This document shows, piece after piece, positions 28,015 through 40,812 of a DNA stretch of 64,000 bases. The stretch lies in the NCBI RefSeq assembly GCF_006345805.1, contig NC_042998.1:191642001-191706000 (forward strand), in the 5' to 3' direction. The DNA comes from Octopus sinensis (Eukaryota). Both the position numbers and the translations under genes were made by a program. Each line of letters starts with the position of its first letter. Positions within the stretch are counted from its first letter, which is position 1. Below the pieces are notes generated by a model that was not told the DNA's origin, did no database searches, and worked only from the letters and a program-made list of their open reading frames with translations.

Positions 28015-29288
28015 CTGCGTGTGTGTCTGTGGGTAATATATATATGTATGTGTCATATAATTATACGTATATACATGTGTGTGTATGAATAGACATACAA
28101 ATACACTATATTATGAATGAATGTTTTCTTATATATTCGACGAAAGTGGAACAAATTTGTTAAGAGAAGGTGCTGTAACAGGTAGAATATTGGTAATTAA
28201 ATGGTACATGCACCTACAGGTTCACTCATACATACACACATATATATATATATGTACACATACAAACACCTAGACAACCTATATATTTATATACATATTT
28301 ATATATATATATATATATATATGTACACACAGTCTACACACTAATATTTATTCTTACCTCATATATCAGCCGTTACATGTAAATATCCACAGTACCAAAT
28401 TTTTGGTGACAGTAAATTTGGTATGTTATGTATTTGCTTATATATATATGTATACATATACATATATGTATGTATATGTATACATATATTAATTATTTTC
28501 GTTGGTCAGCGTAAGATATATGTATATCGCATTCATTCATATATATATATATATACATATGTATACACACATATATGGGTGTATGTGTGTGTCTATATAT
28601 ATATATACATATATGCGTGCGTGTATGCGTGTATGTATGTATGTATGTATGTGTGGGTGTTTGCGTTAAGATTTTGATGCCAGGTTAGGCAGTTAACTTC
28701 ATCGATAAAATGTCATTTCAACAACGGTAAATTAAAGAAAGAATAATTAGTGAAGAAGTTTCATTTGGATGCGAAAATTCTAGCCTGTACAATACCGTTT
28801 TATGAATCGCCTTCTCAAAGAAAACAACACTTTATTACTTGTAAGTGTGCGCGTGGCTTGGTTTGTGTGCGCTGTTGCCCGACTATGTGTGCGTGTGCGT
28901 GTGTGGACGTGTGACGTATATGACGTGTAAGGTATGTGTGTTTGTATGCCTGAGATTGTATCTGCGCGCGTTACTATGCCTAGTCTGTGCAACGACCTGA
29001 TGCTGAGTATAACAGTGTCTGGATTTACATGCATGCGTGTATGCATGCATCTATGAATGCGCGTAAGCTAATAAGCACATACGGATATATTAGATAGGTC
29101 CATATATTTTATCTGTACGTGTAAAAAAAAAAAATATATATGCATCTGTGTAGTTATTGTGCGTGAAGGCATGGGCGTGCGTGCGTCTGTGTGGGTGTGT
29201 ACGTGTAGGTGTGAATGCGCTTAGTATAGTATACATGCGTGCCTGTGAGTGCGTGTATACATATATATGTATGTGTGTGTGTATGAAT

Positions 29289-29325
<37 letters not shown>

Positions 29326-29713
29326 CGTGGTTATATGAGTGTGTACGTGTATCAAGGATAAACGTAGAAGGCACCCCCCACGTCAATGTGTACGTTGTCG
29401 TGTCGGTAAAACGTTAGAAGCTGTATTTAGCTGTCAATCAACATTATCTCAATTGCCAGACGATTCTGTGTCTCCCTCTCACTCCCCCTCTCACCGCTGT
29501 TCCAGTCAACATGTACACTTAGGTGCGTACAGAGAAAAACACGTGAATCTCTGTGGAAAGACTCTACGGTTGTCTGTCTGTCTGTGTGTCTGCCTGCCCG
29601 TATATCTGTTATTTGTCTCTCATTCTGCTTTGCCTTATAACCCTCTCTATATCTTTCTGATCATCTCTATCTTTGGATGTCTGCACATCTCTGGCTGTCT
29701 TTCTCTCTCTCTG

Positions 29714-29759
<46 letters not shown>

Positions 29760-30060
29760 ACTCACTTTCACTTTCACTTTCTCTTTCTCTTTCTCTTTCT
29801 CGCTCTCTCTCTCTCTCATACGCACACTGTGAACGTTTCCAAATCGTGTCTCTATATATGTATGTATATGCATGTGTGCTTGCGCTTCTGTTAGTATCTC
29901 TGTCTTTCTTTGTGTGTGTGTGTGTGTGAGAGAGAGAGTGTGTGTGTGTGTGTGTATGAACGCATACATATATACATATGCATATATATCCAAACATTAA
30001 AAAAAAATGGAGGAAGAACGACAGATAGACTGAACGAAAGACAGACAGATGCACATAATC

Positions 30061-30096
<36 letters not shown>

Positions 30097-30519
30097 ACAC
30101 TCACACAGCATAGACATAAATACTCAAAATAGTCCGTTCCTACACTTGTGTAACACGGATAGATCCCAGAGTTATCTGTCAAGTGGAACATCGCGAGAAC
30201 CGATCAGGAGGTTCTCGAACGAAACCAAACGTGGTTTGTTGGACTCACCCTTTTAACAAAATATATATATATTACGCGTACGCGTACGCGCACACAAGCG
30301 CGCCCACACAAAAGCACACGTACTCTCGTACACACACTCACACACACACACACATACACATATATGTATACTTGCATACACACATACACTCACGTCCAGC
30401 TATGTATTCATCCATCTGCTTGGATACTATATTTCTCTTTTGCTATCGTTCATTCTTTCAATGAATCCGTCGTTTATTCAATCTACCTGTTCCTATTTCA
30501 TAATTATGAAATAGGAATT

Positions 30520-30668
30520 TTATCCCCCCCCTTTTTTGTCCTCTTTCTTTCCATTTACGATCCCTTTTGATCGAAAACCAAACCCCCTTCTTTTAGTCCC
30601 AAAAGAAAAGCTCTACCTTGTAATTTTGTCCTGTCTGTGTGAAAGCCATGTGTGGCTAATAAAGAAAC
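30520..30668 (+). mobile_element. Probable LINE 3' UTR/tail fragment
   Basis: Pyrimidine-rich UTR ending ttgtcctgtctgtgtgaaagccatgtgtggctaataaagaaa, similar to the family A SINE tail. Confidence 0.45.
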
Positions 30669-31119
30669 ATATCTACATATCTATCAATATATCTGTCTGT
30701 ATGTATGTCTGACTGTCTGTCTGTCTGTACGTCTGTCTGTTCGTCTTCTTATCGTTCTTCTCCGTCTGTCTGTCTGTCAAGACGGTGATCTATAAGTACA
30801 AATATAGGATATATTTTAGTCTTGATTTCACTCAGGTTAAATAATTGGATGTGCGTATGTTTCCCACCTTTATATGTCCGTGTGTATGAGTGCCTGCACG
30901 CGCTTATGTATATATGTGTGTATGTGTGTGTATATGTATTATATGTGTGTGTGTATGTGTGTGAAAGAGTGCGCGTGTTGGCACCTATTTGTCTATCTAT
31001 TCTGTCTATTCTGTGTCACTGTATATCATAATTCACTTCGTTTCTTTCTCAGACGTTTTCTCTTTCTATGTTTCATACCTGCCTATCTTTGTCATTCAAT
31101 TTATGTATGTTTCATTCAC

Positions 31120-31563
31120 TCTCTCTCTCTGTCTCTGTCTCCCTCTCTGTCTCTCTCTCTGTCTCTCTCTCTGTCTCTCTTTCTCGTCTTCAACCTCTTC
31201 AACCTCATCTTCAGCCTCTTCCCTTCCCCTCTCTCTCTCTTTCTCTCGTCTTTAACCTCTTCAACTTTATTTTCTCCCTCTTTCTTTTCTCTCTCTCTTT
31301 CTCGTCTTCAACCTCTTCAACCTCATTTTCTCCCTCTTCCCTTCCCCCCCTTCTCTCTCTTTTTTTCGTCTTCAACCTCCTCAACCTAATTTCTCCCTCT
31401 TACCTTTTCTCTCTCCCCCCTCTCTCTCTCTCTTTCTCGTCTTCAACCTCTTCAACCTCATTTTCTCCCTCTTCCCTTTTTTCTCTCTCCCCTCTCTCTC
31501 TTTCACTCTCTTTCTTTCACTCTCTTTCTTCTCTCTCTCTCTCTCTCCCCTCTCTTTCTTTCA

Positions 31564-31606
<43 letters not shown>

Positions 31607-31620
31607 AATCTCTCTTCTTT
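31120..31620. repeat. Polypyrimidine minisatellite, about 60-bp unit with (CT)n spacers
   Basis: ctcgtcttcaacctcttcaacctcattttctccctcttccc recurs five times. Confidence 0.9.
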
Positions 31621-31939
31621 CTGGATCTCTGCCTATCTGTTCATCTACCTCACCTTTTCATTGCCACACGCCATTGATCACTGATCCACTAAATTAGAGA
31701 GACCATTTCCTGACTGCAAGCTGAACCATGTCACCTTCATCTCCTATTTCATAACACTACACACCATAGTCACCCAACCTTATAGGTCTTTCCACGGGCG
31801 AAACAATAGTTATAGACACGAGGAAGGGTCAAAACACCAAACGCTGAATCCATTGCTACTATATACAAAATACCTGTCTGCAACTGGTAGCTTCTAGACA
31901 TTAAATTTCTTTCTTTGTATTCTTATCTATATCTTGTCA

Positions 31940-32260
31940 TTCCCAGACCGGGCATTGTGAGTGTTTATTGAGCGAAAACACCTAAAGCTCCACGAGGCTC
32001 CGGCAGGGGATGGGGGTGATCCCTGCTCTACTCTTTCACCACAACTTTCTCTCACTCTTACTTCCTGTTTCTGTTGTACCTGTATTTCAAAGGGCCAGCC
32101 TTGTCACTCTCTGTGTCACGCTGAATATCCCCGAGAACTACGTTAAGGGTACACGTGTCTGTGGAGTGCTCAGCCACTTACACGTTAATTTCACGAGCAG
32201 GCTGTTCCGTTGATTCGGATCAACCGGAACCCTCATCGTCGTAACCGACGGAGTGCTTCC
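31940..32260 (+). mobile_element. 5'-truncated SINE family C (tail type 4)
   Basis: ttcccagaccggg...gagcgaaaacacctaaagctccacgaggctccggcagggg core; TSD atatcttgtca. Confidence 0.85.
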
Positions 32261-32409
32261 ATATCTTGTCACTTGTTTCAAATTAAAGTCTCTTAAAGGT
32301 GACTGTTTAGCTCGTTCTAGTGATTCAATCAGCTGATCAACCTACTTATTGTATTAAGACGACAATTGTGCTCCTTATATAGTCATGTAGTAGTAAACGT
32401 AACAACAGC

Positions 32410-32690
32410 ATCATCATTGTTCGACCGTGGGTCGAGACAATGGAATTTACTATGCTACGCCAGACTTCACGGTCTATCATAGCATTACGGAGGTCCTGTT
32501 GGTAGATGCCTGTATACCTGGAGATTACATCACGGTAGGAGAGTGTGCGCCCTCTGGTATCGCGAGTAGATGGCTTTCAGAGGAAAAGAGTAGAAATTGC
32601 CTCGTTTTCAGCTCTACAATAATGTCCAGCAAACTGGAATCTCCTACATTTAAAAACGTAACAACAGTAGGTCTTGTGTAATGAGTCTAA
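32410..32690 (-). mobile_element. RTE-clade LINE 3' end
   Basis: Minus-strand RRFQFAGHYCRAENEAISTLFL*KPSTRDTRGRTLSYRDVISRYTG...AMIDREVWRSIVNSIVST followed by a (GAT)-type tail. Confidence 0.8.
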
Positions 32691-32962
32691 GTCGTCAAAT
32701 TGCAAACACTGTTTAATTAGCGAGCTTCGACACAGTTTCCTTCTACTCAGTTTTACTCACAAATTTGGGGTGAGTAAAAGCTAATATGGCGGAATGCATA
32801 AAAGGTTCAACGCTAGTGTTTCCTTACAGAAAAACGACCTTCTGTGACAACTTGGGTCATACGCTGAAATACCTATACGTATGTCTACATTGCTATAGTC
32901 TTTTCCAGGTATAGCCTCATCGTACTGCATACAGACCGCAATATATATGTGTGTGTGCGGAC

Positions 32963-33330
32963 AAGGCGGTGAGCTGGCACAATAGTTACTGTACTGGGGA
33001 AAATTTTAGCGGTATTTCGTCTGTCGTTACGTTTTGAGTTCAAATTCCGCCGAGGTTGACTTTGCCTTTCATCCTTTCGGGGTCGATAAATTAAGTACCA
33101 GTTACGCACTGAGGTCGATGTAATCGACTTAATCCGTTTGTCTGTCCTTGTTTGTCCTCTCTGTGTTTAGCCCCTTATGGGTAGTAAAGAAATAAGTATT
33201 CCTATCGACGTTGTGTTCGGAGATCAAATTCCGCCGGGGTCGACTTTGCCTTTCATCCTTTTGGGGATGATTATATGAGTACCAGTTGTGCACTGTGGGT
33301 CGACGTAAACGACTTACCTCTGCCCCGAAA
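32963..33330 (+). mobile_element. SINE family A with a second partial unit in tandem
   Basis: Full copy 32963-33195, then core again at 33225-33310. Confidence 0.85.
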
Positions 33331-33414
33331 TTGTATGTGATCCATTTACAGACTTTATACTAAATATTCCGTGCATTGTCACATTGTCACACACACACAT
33401 ATATTTGTGTGTGT

Positions 33415-33474
<60 letters not shown>

Positions 33475-33610
33475 TGTGTGTGTGTGTGTGTGTATTTCAC
33501 TAAAACAGTTCCGTGAACTCTTATTTAATTTTTTTATAATTTTCAGAGAAACGAGAGGCGAAATCATTATTAGCGGGATTTGAACACCTAAAGTTTTGTA
33601 TATCTAAATA

Positions 33611-34871
33611 CCAGGGTCGGCTGAAAAGTTCATAGGCTGACCAAGGCACTCTCATGAAATGCTACCGAATGAGGCTTATTTTTTTAACATTGTCCTCCTT
33701 GCGGTCCACATACTTCTTCCATCGATGGTGCAGTGCTTGGAGCCAATTGGCGAAAAAACTAGATTAAAAAAGTCGTCATCAGCAGATCTGACGTCATTGT
33801 CATTTCGATACTGATTCCAAGCCGAGTGGTTTATCTTTTCTTGTTGGAGGAAAGCTGACAATCAGACGGAGCACAATCAGGAGAATAGGAAGGGTGATCT
33901 ACCTAAAAGACAGTCACGCTCAGCAGCCATTGATACCAAGGACTTGTGTGCTGGAGCATTGTCCTGGTGAAACAAGACTCGTTTCGTCAGTTTTTCTGAG
34001 TGTTTGGTCTTAAAAGCATTTTGTAACTGCCTCAGAAAGTTGGCATAGTACTCTCAATTGGTGGTGTGGCCCTGTTGAAGATAGTCAATAAACACAATAC
34101 TTTTTGCATCTCAAGAAACTAACGCCCTCAACTTCCCTACAATTGAATCGACTCTGGCCTTCTTTGGAAAAGATGAGGAGGAGGTGTTTCCACTGCATGG
34201 ATTGACTCTTTGTCTCTCATGAACCCAATATTTATCCCCACTTAGGAAACGTTCAAGGAAACCAGCTGGATCTTTCACAAGCAATGTCAGATTTTTCCGT
34301 GATTTGATCAGCCTCGTTCGCTTTTTAGCAGCTTTCAGAAGAAGTGGGGCCCACCGAACAGAAACTTTCGTCTATCCAAGTTCATTGTGCAGAATGTTCT
34401 CAACACTCTCACGAGATAAGTTAATAGCATTGGCTATTTGATTTATGGCCAATCGCATGTCATGCATCATCATTTGGTGAACATAACCAATGGTGGCAGT
34501 TGCAGGACGTCCAGAATTTGGGTAATTTTCAAGACTCTTCATTCCCCTCATAAATTGAGCTGACTACTTTCGCAGTGTTGATAAAGCTGGAGTGTCATTC
34601 CCTAATGTAGCGACCCTATCAGTTTTAATATCCTTGGGGGCTAAACGCTTTTTCTGCTAGTACTTGTTAACACAACGATGCCAAATTTTACTGATTTTCA
34701 AAAGGAGTCGTTACTAATTTCTTTTGAATATTTGAACATTGACTTGTCAGTTTAATTGGAAATAAAGAATGTAGTTATAAATAGGAAATACTGGAATTAA
34801 TGCACGCAAGATTTCACAGCTTTAGAATTACTCCTTCACTGTGGGCCTATGGACTTTTCAGACCACCCTCG
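33611..34871 (-). mobile_element. Near full-length decayed mariner transposon
   Basis: TIRs ccagggtcggctgaaaagttcataggc and gcctatggacttttcagaccaccctcg; interior is the reverse complement of the 9491 copy; remnant FHQDNAPAHKS on the minus strand. Confidence 0.85.
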
Positions 34872-35289
34872 CTCTGCGTGTATATGGATTCTATCATCCA
34901 TTGCACTTTGATTCTAAATAATGAGTTTTAACATAAGCACAAATAATGAATTTGAAAGAGAATATATTCGATTAAATCTACGAACATTTTTAAGTGGTAC
35001 TTTATTTCATCGACATCCAACTGATGAAAAGCAAAGTCGATCCAAGCAAGATTTAATTCATAACATGAATAGAAGATTACTAATCACCTTAAGCTAGTTC
35101 GTACGTAAGATAGGCTTAGTAGTATTAACTACCTTTTATTAATCCGAAGACACAAACAAACAAAACACGCCAGTATTATGGTTGGTGACGACTGAAATAA
35201 ATATTGATATGAAACAACAGTGAGATGGTTGATTCATAGTTGCTGTTATTATTTATCCCTTAGTAAGCATTGATTCAGCATAATATATA

Positions 35290-35668
35290 TATTTCTTTAT
35301 TGCCCACAAGGGGCTAAACATAGGGGGGACAAACAAGGACAAAGGGATTAAGTCGATTATATCGACCCCAATGCGCAAATGGTACTTTATTTATCGACCC
35401 CGAAAGGATGAAAGGCAAAGTCGACCTCGGCGGAATTTGAACTCACAACGTAACGACAGACGAAATACGGCTACGCATTTCGCCCGGCGTGCTAACATTT
35501 CTGCCAGCTCGCCGTAAATTCCGCCGAGATTGACTTTGCCTTTCATCCTTTCGGGGTCGATAAATTAAGTACCACTTACGCACTGGGGTCGATATAATCG
35601 ACTTAATCCTTCTGTCTGTCATTGTCTGTCCACTCTGTGTTTAACCCCTTGTGGGTAGTAAAGAAATG
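35290..35668. mobile_element. Head-to-head inverted pair of family A SINEs
   Basis: Minus copy 35290-35515 directly followed by a 5'-truncated plus copy 35516-35668. Confidence 0.9.
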
Positions 35669-38449
35669 GGTAGAACAACTTGAGATGAAGTATTTTGCTC
35701 AAAACACAAAGTAAGACCACGTCTAGAGCAAAACCTTCCCCACAAGGTCATGCTCACTCATATTGATTGAGTACACCTATCTATAAAGGCATTAGAGCAT
35801 GGCGTCGAATTTTGTAATTTCAGACGTAATGTATCTAAGGTTACATAACCTCGTGTATTCTTCCATCCGTTTTATATTTGATGGTAGGAGTGCTTTGAGA
35901 GGGAAAGGTTGCTACTAGTTCCATTCGTCTTTGGTTGTCATTGGTTTTAGTTAAGAAATATTTTGAAGGTAGTAGATACTAGACGTGGTAGCGCACCAGC
36001 AACTCATTGTAAGATCACTGGGATCAATTTTACCAGTCACCCTATAAGGGTCAACAATATATTATCATTTAAGTACTGGAGTCGATTTCCTTGACGTTAC
36101 TAACATTGGTCCTCTGGTAATATATAAATATGTATGTGTGTGTGTGTCTGTGTGTGTGTATGTGTGTGTGTGTGTGTGTGTGTGTTTCGTGATTTAGGAA
36201 ATTCAGGCCAATACCTCAGCTAGCACTCTATGTGAAATCTTGGCTAATAGAATATGTAAGGAGGACTATCTCATTTCGTATTGTATTAATGCGCAGAGGT
36301 TCAACACAAAATGTGAAACTAAGGAAATTTACCGTTTAAGCGGTTAATGTGCATATCTTATAATATAACACTACAGAAGTGATGGAATGACAGTGGTTCC
36401 GATCGTTTCAATAGTTAGTGGAACCATTTCCTCACTCTACAGTTTGGTTTATATATATATATAAGAAATCTTGAAAATCCTACCAATAACCAATGAAGAT
36501 AGCACTAACCATCTCTCGGACCAAATTAAGCTTATAAAACTGAAGTATATTTTGAGATATTTACAAAAAGTATAGTGAGAAATGGCTGGGTATATAATAT
36601 CCTTGTGATGAATTAAACAGCTAGATTTCACAGCATGATGGAGATGTGTCAGTAGATGAAGACAGGATATATCAGTTTGATTCCTTTATTCCAGCACAGG
36701 TTAAAAGGTTGTCAAATTTATTGTTTACATGTTGGTTGTAGAGAGGAATATATTTAAGAGATAAAACGATAAAGTTAAAAGAGGAGACAGTTTACTGTTG
36801 CACTCTAAGAGGAGCTATTAAAGAAATATAATAGTATAAAAAGGAAAAAATTTAGAAATGATGCTTGAAAGGAATTAAAATAAATAAGAAACGAGAGAGT
36901 GAGAATAGAGGTACATAAAAAATTCATGCATTATCTCGGCATTATTGTCTAGAATATTTGTTCCTTAATTAAACGGAAATTACTATTACATTAATATTAA
37001 ATTAGAAACATTACTTAAGAAATGAGTGATTGGTTGGTTATATAGATATTTTGAGTAGGAGGTGAGACCATGAAAAAGGTAACAACACTAGTATGTGAAT
37101 CAAATAACTTAGCTAAATTAGCCAAGAGGAACTTTTCAGAAAGTTCCATTAAATAAGTAGAAGAAACGCATCTATAATTCATTATGCTTATTAATTAAAT
37201 TATACCTACATTCGAGATTTTCTTAGGCTTTAATAAGCACTAAAGTACTGTTACCCATTTCCCATTGTTTGAAAGTGTACTACATATAATTGACCTCGAA
37301 ATTCAGTATTTGTTACTGTTACCCTTGAGGTCCCGGATAAATTTAGATAGTGTGGTGCTCTATTTCTTTCATTTTGTACTTAAAGGAATGTTTAGGCAAA
37401 CGAAATTTTCATTTTGATACTGCCGCACCTATATAATATATTTGACTTTATTAGCTGCGCTCACAAAACATTTATATGATAAATTATTCTCAAAACAGTT
37501 GCTATTTACATAGAATTAATTAAGAGTTCTTGAGTTACGCAAACTATTTTACATGTACTCGCGCACGACACACACTCACACGCACACATATATTGAGTGA
37601 TCTTTCTTACTACCTATAGTGACTTCGTAGTTTCATCGATACCGGTTTTTCAAAACAAGCATGCTTTGAGTAGCCTTCTTTCATAATATCCGATTTTTAA
37701 ACATCACAACAAACTTTAGATTCAATGACAGAAATCGATAAAATAGACATTGCTAGTATAGTGAATTTCTTACATTTATACAAATTTAAGAATAAACAAG
37801 GCTGTAGCCGATGAGACTGGAATATATTACGGTTATTCTAAAGATGTGATATATTTTTATCTCAAGCCAGGTACGAAGTCAAAATGAGAAACGTAAAGTG
37901 ATCCGAGTAACCACTCGCGAGCATTTTGTCCGTAATCCAACAGTTTGTGCCACTCCAATGCACTGCATTTAAACAATCGATATTAGTCTTATTAACAAAA
38001 ATTAGATATGAGTAGTAATATTGCACATTATTTCATGTAAGGAAAAAAATCATCTCACTAATTTGTAACACCATGTGAATCTTGATCAGATGTAAACAAT
38101 GTCTTCTGATTGATGTTTGATTGATTTGCTGTTAATCTACTTTGCTGATAATATTTAGTTATTTAATTTTCTTTCATTGCTGTACACTTTCGATTTTCTA
38201 GATCTAAATTTTCCATCGTACTATTGTTCATTTTGCCTTTCTGGGTTCGATTAGACAAATGTATCTGTTATGTACTGGAGACATATAAATTATATTTACT
38301 CCTCACAGATGTGTAACTTTGTAGAGATGGTATAAACCTTTATGTATTTTTGTACGCTTCAATATTTCCTTTAGGTCAGAAGAATTTGAGATGCACAATG
38401 TCTACGCGTCATATTTATTTCGGGGTTTCTGCTAAGCTATAAGGCAAAA

Positions 38450-39350
38450 TATGACATTTCAAGGTTTATTTCTAAAGGCGGGTTCCGTTTTAAATGTCAA
38501 ACTATTTATGAGAGCATTCTCAAACAGAGCGATGAAGAAATTATTAATGAATAAAAAAAGTATATATTGTGAGATCTCTTAATCGCAGAAACTTTGACTA
38601 AGAAGAGATAATGTAGTTTCTTTGATATGTGTAGAAATTCGTTGTTGAAGGTGTTTTTTCAAGATCTTAGACCATCGGGATCGTACAGGCCTAGATTGCA
38701 TTGTTTAGGTGTGTATGATATCTGTGTGTATGTAGAAGATGAAGAGTGGTAACATGTATATAATTTTTATATTGTTCATAATGAGAGTGACTGGGCATTT
38801 AATTTGCTATTTAAAGAGAAATATTAGCCAGCGCTTTCCATCATGATGTGATTTGACGGGAAAACTACCACCCAAGTGATGAGTTAGACTGAATTCAAAC
38901 TAGACTAGATTCTTTAGATACAGTCTCTATATAGCTATGTAGTGTAAGCGATTTTCGACATGATAGAGGGCGTATTTATTGAAGTTACCGATGACCCCAG
39001 AGAGAGAGAGAAGTTGAATGACATGCCCTTAATGCAAAATAAGAAATCGTTAATCATTTGTTAATAGCAGTAGAGATAAACGAGTTTCTTGAAAGCAAAG
39101 AAAGACAGGGTACTACAAGTATTTCCTGTTAATTTTTAGGCAAGGAATAGTAATGGTACGGAAGAGTACTTGCAGGGAGAGTAATATCGCTTTCTTGAAG
39201 GATTGTAGAAGTGAATTATGGATATTAGATTAGATGTGTGTCTCACTAAGGGGAGTAAAATTTAAGGGTTAAATGTCGTATTACCCGGAATATACTTGTA
39301 AGGAAGTGACATTTGCCTACAACATACTTTAACGCTATTTCAAAGTGACT
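38450..39350 (-). mobile_element. Possible highly decayed Penelope-like remnant
   Basis: Minus-strand HLQQRISTHIKETTLS resembles the GIY-YIG R..EH helix; otherwise weak. Confidence 0.25.
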
Positions 39351-39551
39351 GTTTCTCGCTTTGAATGTCAATACTTCGGTAAGGGAGACGTGGTGTAAGC
39401 AATAGTTCGCGAGCCACTGCTAACCACTATGTCAAAAATTGTGTGTAAAACATCTGAAAAAGTAAGTGATATTAATCAAGAAAAGGTGCCTGTCATGAAG
39501 ATATAGAATTAAATGATTGCTCTCTCACAGACTGCAATGTTATTATCTGTC

Positions 39552-40200
39552 CGAATAGTTTTAATGCACGTTCGAACTGGTGAACAAGCTACCTACTGTG
39601 TTTTGCCATGTAGAAGAAATCTCGCTTGTTGACAAATTGTGTGTATACACCTAGATCACCTCGCAGTGCCATCTGCCTAGACCATGAGATGCTAGCATTT
39701 CAGAGTAATTATTTCCTCGTCGGTCATAGATACTAAGCAGACGACACTACAAGCTGAATTGAGAGATTACCTCTCTTAAGGCTTTTCCAGTCACCTTACG
39801 ATGGCTGGCAGCGCTCTGCGGCGGCTCACCGTAAGTAAATTACAGAGATGGGGCACTAAGCAGTGATAAGTGAAATTACAATGTTATCACCAGTTTGAAT
39901 ATGCTTGAAGCACGTTCAAACTGGGGGACAAGCTACTCACTGAGTTTTGTTATAATACAGTGACTGGAAAAGCATAAGAGAGATAATCTGTTAATTCAGC
40001 GTGTAGTGTCGTCTGCTCAGTGTCTGTGACCGATGAAGAGATAGCTATTCCGAAATGCCAGAATCTCACAGTCTAGGTAGATGGTACTGCAAACTGATCT
40101 AGGTGTATAAACACCATTTTTCAACAAAAGAGATATATTCTCCGTGACAAAACGCAGTGGGTATCTTGTTCGCCAGTTCAAACCTGCATGAAGCCTATTT
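39552..40200. mobile_element. Fold-back/MITE-like element with about 240-bp diverged inverted arms
   Basis: tatacacctagatca...gcagacgacactac..gctgaatt..cttttccagtcac pairs with gtgactggaaaag..aattcagc..gtagtgtcgtctgc...tgatctaggtgtata. Confidence 0.8.
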
Positions 40201-40780
40201 TGATAGAAATTTCCCTTATCCCTTAATACTGTTTAGCGCTCCCTCTCCGTATGCTCACACACTCTCTCTGAAATGTTACTCAAATATATGAGCCTTTCTT
40301 TCATTTGACAATAGCTATATATGAGAAACATTTAAGTTCTACACCCTAATCACAAGTGTATCTACACAAGAGGTGTTGTAGGGGACAACACATCATTTGA
40401 ATAAATCATATTGAAACCCTACTCCGATTGTTGGAAATGTAGCTGACTTTCCTAAAAGAACATAACACCCAGGTGGTGATGTTAAAGTGTATATTGTGGT
40501 GTATGTTATTCGCATCAAAATGAGCCACAGAACCATTGAGCACACTCGACATATGTGATTGCATAACACTGAGCAATGAACTTAATTTGTATACGAGCTA
40601 ATAATGCCATCGAAATACCTATCTCGCAGAAATATAGTATTTGTCTTATCAGAACTGCATAAAATGATGCATTATAATTTAGCAGAGTTTATAGATGATA
40701 TAAAAGAAATTTGCACCATACTTGTACTAAAAAATCAACACCATTCTAAGCACCACCACCACCACCACCACCACCACCAT

Positions 40781-40812
<32 letters not shown>

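Noticed and set aside
31810-31850. Hammerhead-ribozyme-like cacgaggaagggtcaaaacaccaaacg
   Set aside because: The CUGANGA and GAAA core boxes are both mutated
32427-32681. 84-aa + strand ORF of complex sequence
   Set aside because: Antisense to an RTE LINE C-terminus
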